DNA of 64,000 nt. Origin: Lingula anatina. Lineage: Eukaryota; Animalia; Brachiopoda. Where the stretch lies: the NCBI GenBank assembly GCA_051362555.1, contig CM120648.1, positions 6,630,587 through 6,694,586 of the forward strand, in the 5' to 3' direction. This document shows positions 48,614-60,698 of this stretch, one piece after another (positions within the stretch are counted from its first letter, which is position 1; each line of letters starts with the position of its first letter). A model generated the notes under the pieces. That model searched no databases, was not told where the DNA came from, and saw only the letters and a list, made by a program, of their open reading frames with translations. Position numbers and translations under genes: made by a program.

Positions 48614-51600
48614 TCACAGCATCCACGTGGGAGAGGGACGCAGTATTCTCCGCGTTGTGACAGAAGCCACCTTTTTGAAGAGCTGCGGACAATCGTTGAT
48701 AAATATCTGAAAAAAAAATAAGAATCCATTGTTTATAGTTTTCCTTCTTTATTTCTAAATGGGTGTCGTATGGTAAATTTTGTACACCAAGATCAACCAG
48801 AAAACCAGCCGCGCAACCACATGTATAGCAATGGATCAATCGAGAAATTTGACGTGGATCTAAAGACGCTAGACGGACACTCTAAAGAAAATATCTGGCG
48901 ACAACAAGATCTGCGGTGACTTTTATAATTTTGTTTATTTAATAAAAGAATTTGGTTAAGGTCCAGTGGTTCAAAGTTAATGTATCGCCTACCTTTTCCA
49001 TTTCGGAGGGTTTTAGATGCGCAGACTCCAAGACGTCACGTGGCACAGAGAGCTCCCTCAGTTCCTCTGGTTCGATGTTGATCAAACCGAACACCCTTGA
49101 TGTGACCTCCTCCAGCGCTGAAGTGTTTGTAGGTTATATTAATTGGAGAAATAAAAAACTTAATGCAGTGTTTTGGTGAAAACTGTTTATTAATATTTTC
49201 TTCGAATTCTGATAATTGTTTTCAAAAGGGACGTAAACAATACGTTCTAGATGTAGGCCTAAATTTACTTTTTGAAAATTGATTGGCAAATACAAAATAA
49301 CATATAAAACGGGATATGGCACAGAAAAAAAATCAAAATAACTTCTAGAGATTGCTCAAAGCATATTTAACCAAGCTCTTATTTGTGACTCAAATGTAAC
49401 CATGGTAGCGTTATGATTGTGAAAAACTGTGAAAAGCTGAGCTTACCTGGATTAGCAGGGTTAGGTCGAACATCCAGTATTAGTGACAGTGAGGAAATCA
49501 TATCACCCTAGAAATAATAATAACAATAATAATAGCAATATATATATCTATCGAAACAAACTCTGGACCTTAGGCTATTTACAACACAACAAAGAGAAGA
49601 GAAGATCAAGAGAAAGAGGTGGCCGGTTGATACACGTAGCACGTAGACCAGTAACTACCTATAGGCCTATACATGTACCACTTTCATGGATACTACAACG
49701 ATTTAAAAATTCTCTCACCATGGCAACCCTATTTATATTCTTGGCCTCCAGGATCTCTTCATATAAGACATATCCATAGTCCAGGCCGGTGTTGGAGAGA
49801 GAGGCCGCGGTCACCAGGGGCCCGGGGACCAGCAAGTCTGTCGCTGAAAACTGAAAGAGAATTTGAATATTATTAACGCACTTGGCAGTGAGTTAGGGAT
49901 GTGACTGAATTTGTATACAAAAGACTAAAATTTCGACGAGATCAAATGCACCAGGAGTCTGGAGGAATACTGGATGAATACATAAAAAAGAACTTCTGTA
50001 AAATTTAATTTGTAACTGTGATTAATGACCGATTTTTCTTGGGTCAAAATTGTATAATTATATTTAATAATAGACTGGTTAAAAAAAAAGCAATTACAAA
50101 CTATAACTTTGATCAAACCAGGCCAAAATGTGTTGATTAACAACCTTATATGATTAATATCATCATCAACGTGTACGTTTTATCTATAAGTCAACACTTA
50201 AATAATAAAAATAACTATTGTTATGCAACCTGTTTATATATACCTTCATGCTGTTAAGATGATGTTCATTTGTAATCCAGAACTGATGACAGAAGGCTCT
50301 CGATTCGTAACTTTCCACCACCTTCACAAGACGATGAACGTACAGCTGAAATGTGAAATAATTTATATATGTGCATTAAGCGGGTATACATATTCCCTGT
50401 GACACCTTCGATATTAAATTTTAGGCAGAATAACTACGCGAGTAAGTCTGATTGATCGTCTCACTTCGATTCCAAAAATCGATGTCTGAACAGATAGGTA
50501 TTAAGAAAGAGTATTTCTTGTTATTAAATCCTAAATGGTTTGCAGTAGGTGAAAAATATCATCTACAAGGATTCAAAACTTTGAGACGTTTGAATGCAAA
50601 AGGTTCACAAAATTTAGTTGTCTTAGAGCCCATTCCCATAGACACCATCTATCTATGTGGATCGACCCAACTCTGTGGGAACTCTCGCTAAGTGCAATCA
50701 CGCTTCACGCTTCCTCTTGTTTTCAACATACTCGCACAATCACCAGCTTTTCTGTATTTACTGAATGCCAGGCAGACCGATATGGTATCTGTGGGAGAGG
50801 GCCTTAGCGCCCCCCCCCCCCCAACTACCCTATAATGCCTACAACGGTTACCTCTGATTGTTCCAGCGGCTCAACACCGTCAGTGATGTGGCTGCGGAGT
50901 TGGTGCTGCGTCTCAACCATTTCCTGAAATGATGAAGGCATGTAACCCAATCGCCAAAGTTAAATGGATTATTTATTATGCGTAATAAAGTAAAATTATT
51001 ACAACATTAATCATAAGGCTAAAAAAGGAAAGAAAGACAAAACTGAAGGTGAGAAAACATTTTACGCACATCCCAATGCCATAAATAAAATTATTAATTT
51101 ACCTCAGTAGACGTAAGATCGCCAGCTCAAATAAAATTACGTACGTCATTTAAGACGTATGTAGTTATTCTAAGCAGAGACGCATACCATAGTTGTACAG
51201 TAAATGCGTATTAGCTATTAGACAAAAACGCAAACCTGCATTGGGTTTTTCGTCGTTGGCTTTCTGTCTTCCTCCGGGAAACGTCCAATATGTGGAAACA
51301 TACCAGCCGGAAACATGGACTTCTTCCCGACGGTGAAAAGAACGTTTCCATGGCAATCTTCCAGCTCGTGCTTAGACGTTACGACGTCGTACCTCCCGCC
51401 ACTTGTCGGACGTACGTCAACCACGCGTACCGTCGCTGTGACAGTTTCTCCGCCTTTGATTGGTCGAAGTTGTTGAGCATTTTGGAAACCCAAATGATAC
51501 CTGCAGTGCTCTGTAAAACTGAAATAAAAAATCAACATAAAATTTTACAGTCTATGACTTCTAGGCTAAAAAGCAACATGTTCAAATATCTATATGACTT

Positions 51601-53323
51601 AAACCGCAGTTTAAAGTATATCCCAGTTTAGTGTGCTGTAAGCCTGTAACAAATGTACCTGTATTTGATTGATGTGAGGCACACATGAAAATGAGGCCAC
51701 CCTTACAAAAACAAGGTTAAACAAATGGAGATTGTAATCAATTCACCTGCTAACCGCCATAGCAATGGTTGCCGTCATCAGCAGTTGCAGCGGCGGCTGA
51801 GTTTCTTCCATCCCACAGTCAAGGGCAAACTGTCGACTGCTTGCAAGTAGCGAGTTGCAATAAAAAGAAGAATTCCAAAGCTTCGAAATAGCCGGGTCAA
51901 TGGTCAATTCATGCGGGGTTCTGATTGGTTCATCTCGTCTCCATCGTTTGAATTTTGATTGGTTGCCTGGAGCCCAGCGTGCACGTGCCATGTCGTCATC
52001 AAAAAATAGTTCTGGTTTTGATGCCAAACTAGCTGTGGCAAACGCAGCCTGAGGTTGAAGGTGCTCTCCATCGTAGTCTGCTTTTGATAGAAAAGACGAA
52101 AGATCGGGTGTGGTTCGAAACAGTGGTTGGCCACTTGTTTGCTGGGGAAGCGATATTTGCTGGAAGCCAGGAGATTTGTTCTTTAATGAAACAGTTCTTG
52201 TTTCATTAGTGGCCTCTTCTAAAGGCAGAGCAACCGTTTCTTGAACAGGTGCGGATTTGTGCGGGCCTTGAGCCTTCACCTGATCGTATTCAGTCTCTAG
52301 GCTGGCCATCCTCAGGATATTTTCTGCTTTTTTGAACAACGGTGGTCCAAGCATAACTCCACTTTGTTGGTGATGCGGATAATACATGTTGATACCGCCA
52401 TTTTCTTTCATGTGAACAATGTCGCGACTGTGGTTCATCTCACGGAACGACCGAGAGAAGACTCGGTTGAGGATCACCGCCTGGGCAGGCGTCAAAGCAA
52501 ACCCGCCGCTGCAGCCGATTTCTTTAGCCTTTTGAGATAATTTTTCTAGGCCAGAAAAGTCACCAAGTAGAACGTAAATACCCCATATCATCGGCAAGGA
52601 TGCAGCTCTGGTCGCCAAGAGAACATCTTTCATGGCGTGAAACATTGTTTCTCCAACAAAATCTGCTTGGACATCATTCCCAAAATCATAAGTCCCCAGC
52701 GAAATAATTGCATGTCTCGTGACTCCTGATTGGACGAGTTCATGGCAGTTAGCCACGCCCTGTGCTGTCTCAAGAATAGGGAAGAAACGAAAGTGGTTTT
52801 CGGGGAGGTTTTTCTGTGTTTCTTGGCATGCTGCTAGGCGGGTATACTCTTGCAACTCGACCTTGTACGATAACTTCGGCAGCACGTATCCGGTTAGGTT
52901 TTGGTGGGAGAGGGACTCGAAATCCTTCACCGTTTCCTCGTGAGCTTCTCCAATCGAGCTCGTGCGCACGTAGAGAGGCTGAGGAAGGTTCCACTGCTGG
53001 ATGAACCTGGCGGCTGCCTCTCTCGTGGCGTCTTTTTCGTCAATTGGTACGCTGTCCTCCATATCGAGGATGTAGACGTCAGCGTTCTGAAACTTCACCT
53101 TTCCTGACGTCACGGTTTTTCTGTCCATGAACATGACGCTCCTGCAGGGGGCGTGGTTCCGGTTGTGAGCGGCTGAGGTCTTAGATGTTCCAAGCGGCCC
53201 AGGTGGCCCTGTGCCCGCGCTGTTAGAACGGTGGTATCGGGCATGGTCGTTGTACCTCCTGACGGCCGCGTTGACACACCTCAAATGCAGCCCACTTCGA
53301 ACTTTGGACGTCGCTGCAAGCAT
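48614..53323 (-). CDS. Fusion of CitE/HpcH-HpaI (malyl/methylmalyl/citramalyl-CoA lyase-type) domain and double hot-dog MaoC-like (mesaconyl-CoA hydratase-like) domain, probable mitochondrial presequence (~814 aa, 8 exons)
   Basis: Exons 51747-53323, 51236-51518, 50852-50923, 50244-50345, 49719-49850, 49447-49507, 48993-49117, 48614-48706. All introns are GT-AG and phase-consistent (2445 nt). Lyase motifs: RSVMF, ILDMEDSVP, LYVR, VLPK, PILETAQG, LGTYD, ALTPAQ. Hot-dog motifs: SSRQFALDCG, LGFQNAQQLRPIKGGETV, TNEHHLN, LLVPGPLV, GDMI. Arg/Ala/Ser-rich N-terminus with almost no acidic residues. Confidence 0.88.
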
Positions 53324-54034
53324 TTTCACACTTTAACTGGAGCTTCTTTCGGGGTTGTATGTACTCTTCTTTACTCCGGTATACTTATACTGGTACCTTA
53401 AAAAGAAAACATTCGAACACTCTTTCTAAACATGGCGGAAAATCTTACAGGACATCACTCCTCATTCCAACATATATCAGGCCAAATATGGAAAAATATT
53501 ATATTCAGTCAGTTCTGCTTAAAGTTCAGAATACTTTACTCATAGGACTACCTTATACATAAGTTATTTCACGCCTGAGGAAGAGGCACGCTAAGACCAG
53601 GAGCTCAGGGTATTCGTCAGAAAGTTAAGTTTCAGAAACCTTGTGAACTTCAATCTATATAATCTAAAATCAAGCAAGACTCCATGGGATTAAGAGGAGA
53701 GCAGAGTCAAAAATACCGGCCGTCTGGGTTACCTTTATGCTGACAACTGACCATTGATTTATTTTACGTTATTTAAGAGGCATTCACTGGCAGCTCATGG
53801 CAGCTACTAGCACATGTTGACAGCAGTTTGTATGATAAGGCAATTTAATAGTAGTAGTAGTAGTACATGTAAATATATTTCTACTATGCTTATTCACTCT
53901 TGTGTCCTGGTATTACTGCTATGCTATATAATAATAATAATAATAATAATTTTATTAACGTCTCACGTTTTAAATAAATAAAACCCACCCTGCTAAGGGT
54001 TATGAGAGACTATATATGACTGGGTTTCCACTTA

Positions 54035-54232
54035 CGTACCATCTCCAAGGGCTTAGAGCGGCTTAGATGTCTGGCACGCTTCTGAAGCTGCTAAACGATA
54101 ATTAATTATCCCCTAGCAGCTTCAGTAGGCGTGACAGACATCTAAGCCGCTCAAGTTGATTGCAATTAAGCGAGAATCCCCTTGGAGATAGGCCGATCCA
54201 CAGTTAGTATGATAGAGTATGGGAATGGTCCC
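54035..54232. mobile_element. Palindromic MITE related to the 14.9/19.7/26.4-kb family
   Basis: gagcggcttagatgtctggcacgcttctgaagctgcta / tagcagcttcagtaggcgtgacagacatctaagccgctc inverted repeat, and a tatgggaatggtccc terminus. Confidence 0.55.
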
Positions 54233-56715
54233 TTTGTTTTAAATTTCCAACAGGACTGTAACGGACGCTGTAGCAAGGACCTAGGTCGTACTCACATACT
54301 TTCTGGCCACGGGACTTTCTACCTAGACGTACGACCAATTGTAGTCTACTGTATCATCCCTTTAAAGGTATAACAACTCTTCATATGAGACCTATATTTC
54401 ACTATAAATACATTGTAAACAACTCATATTCATATAATACATTCTATTTTGCCACAAAAACGACAGTCATAGCAATAAATCTGAAATATGTGCTTGCCAT
54501 CCGAGCATGTGACCTACATAGAAAGCTATACTCTGTAATAATCTCTTATGAGATTATTACAAAAGAAAAAAAAACTTTTTAGAAAAAAAAAAAAAAAAAA
54601 AAAAACAGGTAGGCCCTACTAACTTTGAATGTAGAAATGGATTCATTGACCATTGGTTAGTATGGGAAATTGCTTTTTACCCCAGGAAAATTCATTTTTT
54701 TTTTGCCAAAATGAACAGTTGTTATCCCTTTAATTTTATGTCCGCCACAAAATAACTTCGCTGAAGAACACATGCGCACTGCAAGTTTCAAACAAGCCCT
54801 GTCATTTTAAGCGCATGAAATGAAAAAAAAAAGTAGCAAACATAAAATATATATTATAACTGCACTTATTCATCCTAATATACGTATTATATGTTGTTCC
54901 TATGCTATGTTTTAATTCCCACGAGTATTGGTAAGTTTTATTTTGACTTAATGAAATGTACACTTGTTGTTTTTAATTAAAGAATGGGATATTTTCGTTC
55001 ATTTAGGCATGCGGCAGATGCAAACCTGTTCCAGTTAACAAAGACGTCGTACACTTTAATGGAGCTCCGGACCGCTCCCGACAAGGCCACTTAACCGGAT
55101 TTTAATTTCAATTTCAGTGTAATATTGATTTGTCAATCGGGGTTTGAGAAAAGGACGCCCCCCCCCCCCCCCTCCCTCGCTTAACGTTATTCAATGTTCG
55201 TGCCAGTTAAATGTGTGATACAACACAAGTGTACCGCACAATGTCACGACGACCTAGTATACGCACGTACTTTCAGGCTACAGGGGCCTCTGTTGTCAAG
55301 CCGGTTATAATTTAATTTGGACTCACATGTACGACTACTGAGTCACCGGTTTTACGTCATACTTTCATTTTTATGCCCAAAAAGAACCCATTGCCAATTT
55401 CAAACACTCCCTGTGTTAATTAAGTGTTCCTTGTGTTCTAAAAAAAAATCTAAGATATTTGACTTGCTAATACAACTGAATTTAGAATTAGCAGGCACTT
55501 TCTTGTTTCCAAGACCTTGTTATTGGAAATAATTTTTGATGATTCAAAGATTTTCAAAAGCAGAATGCCGTAATGTGGTTAAGCGTCACAATTTGTCTCA
55601 CCTGAAAAATGCCGCGTTCAAGAAAAGCAATAACTGCAGAAAAGTGAACCTTGCAGAAGTGTATAACAGTGCCTGTCAGCCTTTCGTTCCCAGGTTTTAA
55701 CTGTTAACTTCTCGTCGGTTTTCTTGAACGTCTTCTGCATCCACTTTAACTCTCCCTCTCTTTCTCTCTGCCTCCCCCTTTTCCGTTCGGCTGTGATGCC
55801 TGAGTAACAGTGAATAAGAGCAAGAAGTTGTTCGGTTTTTATATGCAAAGTCGCAGCTTATGAAGGCCATGACCTATGACCTATGACGTAGCTACGTCCT
55901 CGCACTCTCTGCACTCGGATGTCATGATCATCTGTACGGTGTTTCTGCGCAAATTTCTTCTAGTGGCGACAAAAATAGAGGATCTTCAGTTGAACATCTT
56001 TTAGTTTCTTTAGTTGAACATCTTTTAGTTTATAAACACCTTTCTGTTTTCTCTCTATCATGCACTCCTAGGGCCTACTACGCACATCGAAAATATATAG
56101 TATGACGTCCGTAAGTATAAAAGGGGTAACGTAAATTGATTTTAAAAAATTAGTTAAGACATGCAAGAGGTCATGCAACTGAGGTCTAACTGGGCACGTG
56201 TCTAGACACGGTTTGTATTTCTAGTAAAAATACAACGAAAAGACAAATCACGGGGGAGGGGGCAGTCCTTAATCTTTGTATTATTTATTTATTTATTTAT
56301 TAATTTTGTTAAGAAAGCAATTTCACACCGATTAGACACGAGTAAGTTAACGGGGCTAGGCAAACAACGGTTTAAACGGACACATTTCTGTAGGTAATTG
56401 TACGTACGTCCGCTTTCGATTTCCAGCCTAGCCAAAGTATGCGCTTAAGCTTGTGATTTTGTTAGAATTTCTGGGGAAATTCACAGTGTGTTTAATGAAA
56501 CTAGAAGTCCCCAACCGGTCTATTAATTATATAGTGGTGACACAGTCAGCCAACATCGTGCATCCGCCCATTACGTTATACACATTGAGTCGGTTTGGGA
56601 AACAACTGCGCTGACTATTTTCTATTCATGACTATTTGATTGGAAGACACCTTTGGATGCTTTTTTTCCTCTAAGGAAAACAATGGCATGCACTTCACTT
56701 ACTTCAACTTGCCAA

Positions 56716-56750
<35 letters not shown>

Positions 56751-56868
56751 ACTACAGCAATCCTCTTATTCCATTTCCAGTCAGGACATATGAAATAGAA
56801 AGAAACTATGTGAAAGATACGCCCATCGATTGGTTATAATGTGTCGTGTGCTAGTCAAAATTAAAGAT

Positions 56869-56909
<41 letters not shown>

Positions 56910-57407
56910 CTTTGTACAGTATGTGTTTCTCGGTTCACACGGTCACCAGAGCTTCACTGTTGATGCCTAACGAAACAGAGCTTAATTCCCATGAATTAAT
57001 CATTTGGTCAACATTTGCACAAGTTAGAGTTATCTTTCAGAAATATCTAAAAATTGCGACTGCCTTTACCTTTGGATAAAATTGTCGTATATTCGATGTT
57101 GACAATGATAAGGGCGATTTCACCTCATTCATACAGCCGACGTTTGGGGGACTTTGTTCACCAAGTTTTGACACTGTTTTTTAACTAGCACTTTTTGTTT
57201 CATTCATCACTCTACCATTTTGTGTGTGTGTGTGTGTGTTGCAAGTATGACTTATAATGACTTCAATTTTTTTGTCTGATTCACCTTGGACATCGGTGTC
57301 CTAAGTCCTAGGATCCACTTATCACCACTTGACCATGCGTTGTCAGAAGGTTCTTGTCACGGTCACCAAAGGTTCAGTGTCACACAAAGTTGACGGGGAG
57401 AACAGGG

Positions 57408-57478
<71 letters not shown>

Positions 57479-57559
57479 GATATTTTGATTGAAATAAGCA
57501 ATCCAAGTTCTTGCCTGAAATCGAATGTTATAATAACATTTCTTATTAAACAGAGACAA

Positions 57560-60400
57560 CCCAGACAGCCTCAGTGATCTGGCCCACGTCTGGCCCAGAT
57601 CTGGCAACGTCTGGCAAAAGGTATGGCCCACGTACGGCTTGCCACATGTGGGCCAGATGTGGCAATGTTTGGGCCAGATCTGGCCCAGACATTGCCACAT
57701 CTGGCCCAGTCCACATTTGCTCATATGGCCAGATGTCGGCCCAGATCTGGCAATATCTGGCAAAGGTATGGCATGCCAGATGTGGGCCAGATGTGGGCCA
57801 GATCATATTCAAATGGGCCAGATTAGGGCCAGACATGGACCACATATGGCCCAGAATGTTTTTTTTCTCTTTTTTTTAAATTATTTTTAATTATTCAATA
57901 AGATTACTATAAACAAAGACATACAAGATTCAAGATTCAAGTATTTATTCTGTGCTAAAACCCTTAACAAAGTTATTACACATTATATAACCTTGCTGGC
58001 AACTAACATGTAACAAATTAAGGGTCACTCCTTGTCTTTTTGTACAAAACAATGTATATATGAAAAAAAAAAATACACTGCAAAAAGGCAAATATACAGA
58101 CACAGGAGGAAATGTCACTTACATACATGTAAAGAAAACAGTTATAACAACAATTTTTTTTCAACACAAAGCTGCTCATCGAATCTGAATTAACACAAAT
58201 TACAAAAATTGTAATTAATTATGCATGTACATGGGGGAGGGGTTTGAGGGGGAAATATTTTTGCACACCTCAACCTAAATAATATTATACATTGTCATTT
58301 TTAAACTAATTCAAACATATCATTAATAATAATAATCACTAATGAATATAGTTTTGTAATGAATAAATCTTGAATAATGAATGAAAAAACATTGTTTTTT
58401 TTAGATGATGGCGAGTTATAACAAAATTATAAATAACCATGCAGTAACTGTTTCAATTCAACTTGCATGCTGGCTACAGTACTGTACATACATGTAAATT
58501 CTGAAAAAAAAATATGTATACTCCAGCACAGATATAGATGTACAATTAAAAGAGAATTACATGTGCACAAAAACAAACCCCAGTATCAATGCTTTTGAAT
58601 TAAATCACATCATGAATCAAATCACTCAATGAATTGAACCAGTTTGCAATGTTTGCGCTTTTTTCAAATCCATAACACTAAGAAATGATACATCCGGCTC
58701 CTTTACACGCTTATAATTATTAAAGGAATCAACAATATGAAACAAGTAACTCTACCAAGTTAACAACAGTTCATTCAAATGTCAAGTCAAAACACAACTT
58801 CCCTTCCTTTCTTGGAGAGAAATGGCCCTTTCAAAACATGTTTATTGACAGTTCAGTCTTTAAAATGTCCTTTCAAACATTTGAAGAATAGCATATGAAC
58901 TCCAACTTTTATTCCTTAAACCACACTGAAAATTCTCAAAACTTATCAACTCATATCAAATCCCATGTCCTTTCACTACTACTGGTCTCTTCCTTTACGT
59001 CACATTCAAATGTTCCCTTCACTTTTAAAGGTTTCTCAGACGTGTATGAATAATACTGTTTGTTTTCTAGTCCTCCACGAGAGCCACATTTATTTTTCTT
59101 GGATTTCAGCATTCTCCATGTATTTTCATCAATGATATTACAATATGCACCTGAATCTGGTAATACACTGAGATTAACACCGCCTCTATTTCCTCCATGT
59201 CTTCTGTGTATATTGCATTGGTTCCCACACCAAATGTATATGCACTCCTGGATTATCATGTTCAAAGCTGTCATTTACATGAATAATAGTTTCAGTTTTG
59301 CAGACTTTTGCAAAGTGATCCAACGTTCCATGTTTTCTCAGTCAGGGAGTTTCTACTTCGTTTTTCATGTCTAAACTCGTAATGTTTAGACTGGCTTGGT
59401 TTGTCAAATGACTTCGGTTTCATCATACTCACAGTTTCTGGTGTTCCAATTTCATTCAAAGCGTTAACTGTCTAATGTATATTCATGTTTCTAACCTGTG
59501 TTTGGGAGAGTCCTGAAAATATCTTGTACACCTGTCCCTGCTGAATACAACATTAGCGCGTGTCTCCTCTGACATGTATTTTTAATTTTCTATCTTTGTT
59601 CATTATTCATGCCGTCCGTTGGTTTTGAAAAGATCCATCTTTTCCGTCAGCGAAGAGGTTTAAACTGTCTAGCCATCGCGTCGAGCGTGACCCTAATGTC
59701 TCCGGACTTCTGTACGGTTCGAATTCCGTAATTTCACATTTTTCCTCCATTTTTTCAAAGAAAGTTGGCTCACAGTTTTGCACTAGTGTTAATACTCGTC
59801 TCCAGTGTTGATGCCTTCGAAATAAATCGCATCACGAATCAAATCACTCAACCAAATGTATCAGTTTGATACGCTTGTGCTTTTTTCATATCCATAACTC
59901 TAAGAAACGCTACATCCGGGTCCTTGACCGGCTTAGCATAAAAAGCGGAATCTTACAACAGCGGAACGAGTAGTTCAAAAAAGTTTTAGAACAGTGAATT
60001 CATTCAAATGTCAAGTCAAATTAAACAAATAGCACACTTATGAGGGGACTTTGAAGAAAAGAGAGAGAGATAAATTAAATCAAAATTTATCAAATGACGT
60101 CAGTTCAATGCATTCAGTTCACTGGTCAATAAAAAATAAATAAATAGAAAATAAAAATTGAAAATGAAAGTACCATATCTGGCCCAAGTCTGGGCAGCAT
60201 CTGGCAAAATGTGGCATAAATGCCAGACTTTGCCAGACTTTGCCCAGATCTGGCAAGTGTCTGGCAAAATGTGGCATAAATGCCAGACTTTGCCAGACTT
60301 GGCCCAGATCTGGCAAGTGTCTGGCAAAATCTGGCAAAGATATTGCCAGACGTTGCCAGATCTGGGCCAGACGTGGGCCAGATTACTGAGGCTGTCTGGG
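57560..60400. mobile_element. Non-autonomous CACTA/EnSpm-like DNA transposon (CCCAG termini, 2-bp AA TSD)
   Basis: 58-bp TIRs with one mismatch (cccagacagcctcagt(g/a)atctggcccacgtctggcccagatctggcaacgtctggcaa). Arrays of ~10-11-bp subterminal repeats (ggcccagatct-like) at 57575-57855 and 60172-60385. AA on both flanks. Confidence 0.8.
58584..60027 (-). mobile_element. Internally deleted, decayed Gypsy-type LTR retrotransposon
   Basis: Diverged direct repeats ~59806-60027 and ~58584-58796 (LTRs). PBS-like TGGAGACGAG at 59795-59804. Gag remnants (ATG 59750; LGSRSTRWLDSLNLFADGK, QRRHALMLYSAGTGVQDIFRTL). Protease remnant VLPDSGAYCNII...PLKVKGTF. Polypurine tract AAGAAAGGAAGGGAAG at ~58798-58813. 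Confidence 0.8.
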
Positions 60401-60651
60401 AAGTTTTGAAGCATACCTAAGCCTGTCTATACGTAGGCATTGAAAGTGGGGGTCGGAGAGCTCGAAAACCCCGCCGCTCTTTTGGCCGGAAAATCGCCCA
60501 TCTGAACCCAAATTTGAATTAAGATGCATCTCATTTCTCAGGTTGGGTGAAGGCATAAAAAGTTTACATTTTCAGAAAAAGAACCCACCTTTCTGGCTGC
60601 TGGCCTGATATATGTGATCCGAGCGCAGAGACTGTCTTGTTGCGTCTGGAT

Positions 60652-60698
<47 letters not shown>

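Noticed and set aside
51743-53329. Bacterial contamination as the source of the long lyase ORF
   Set aside because: The ORF continues through seven phase-consistent GT-AG introns and is embedded among animal genes and repeats.
57575-57855. Short-repeat array resembling a CRISPR or a repetitive ORF (also 60172-60385)
   Set aside because: There are no unique spacers. These are subterminal repeats of the TIR element 57560-60400, and the ORFs in several frames are artefacts of the stop-poor repeat.
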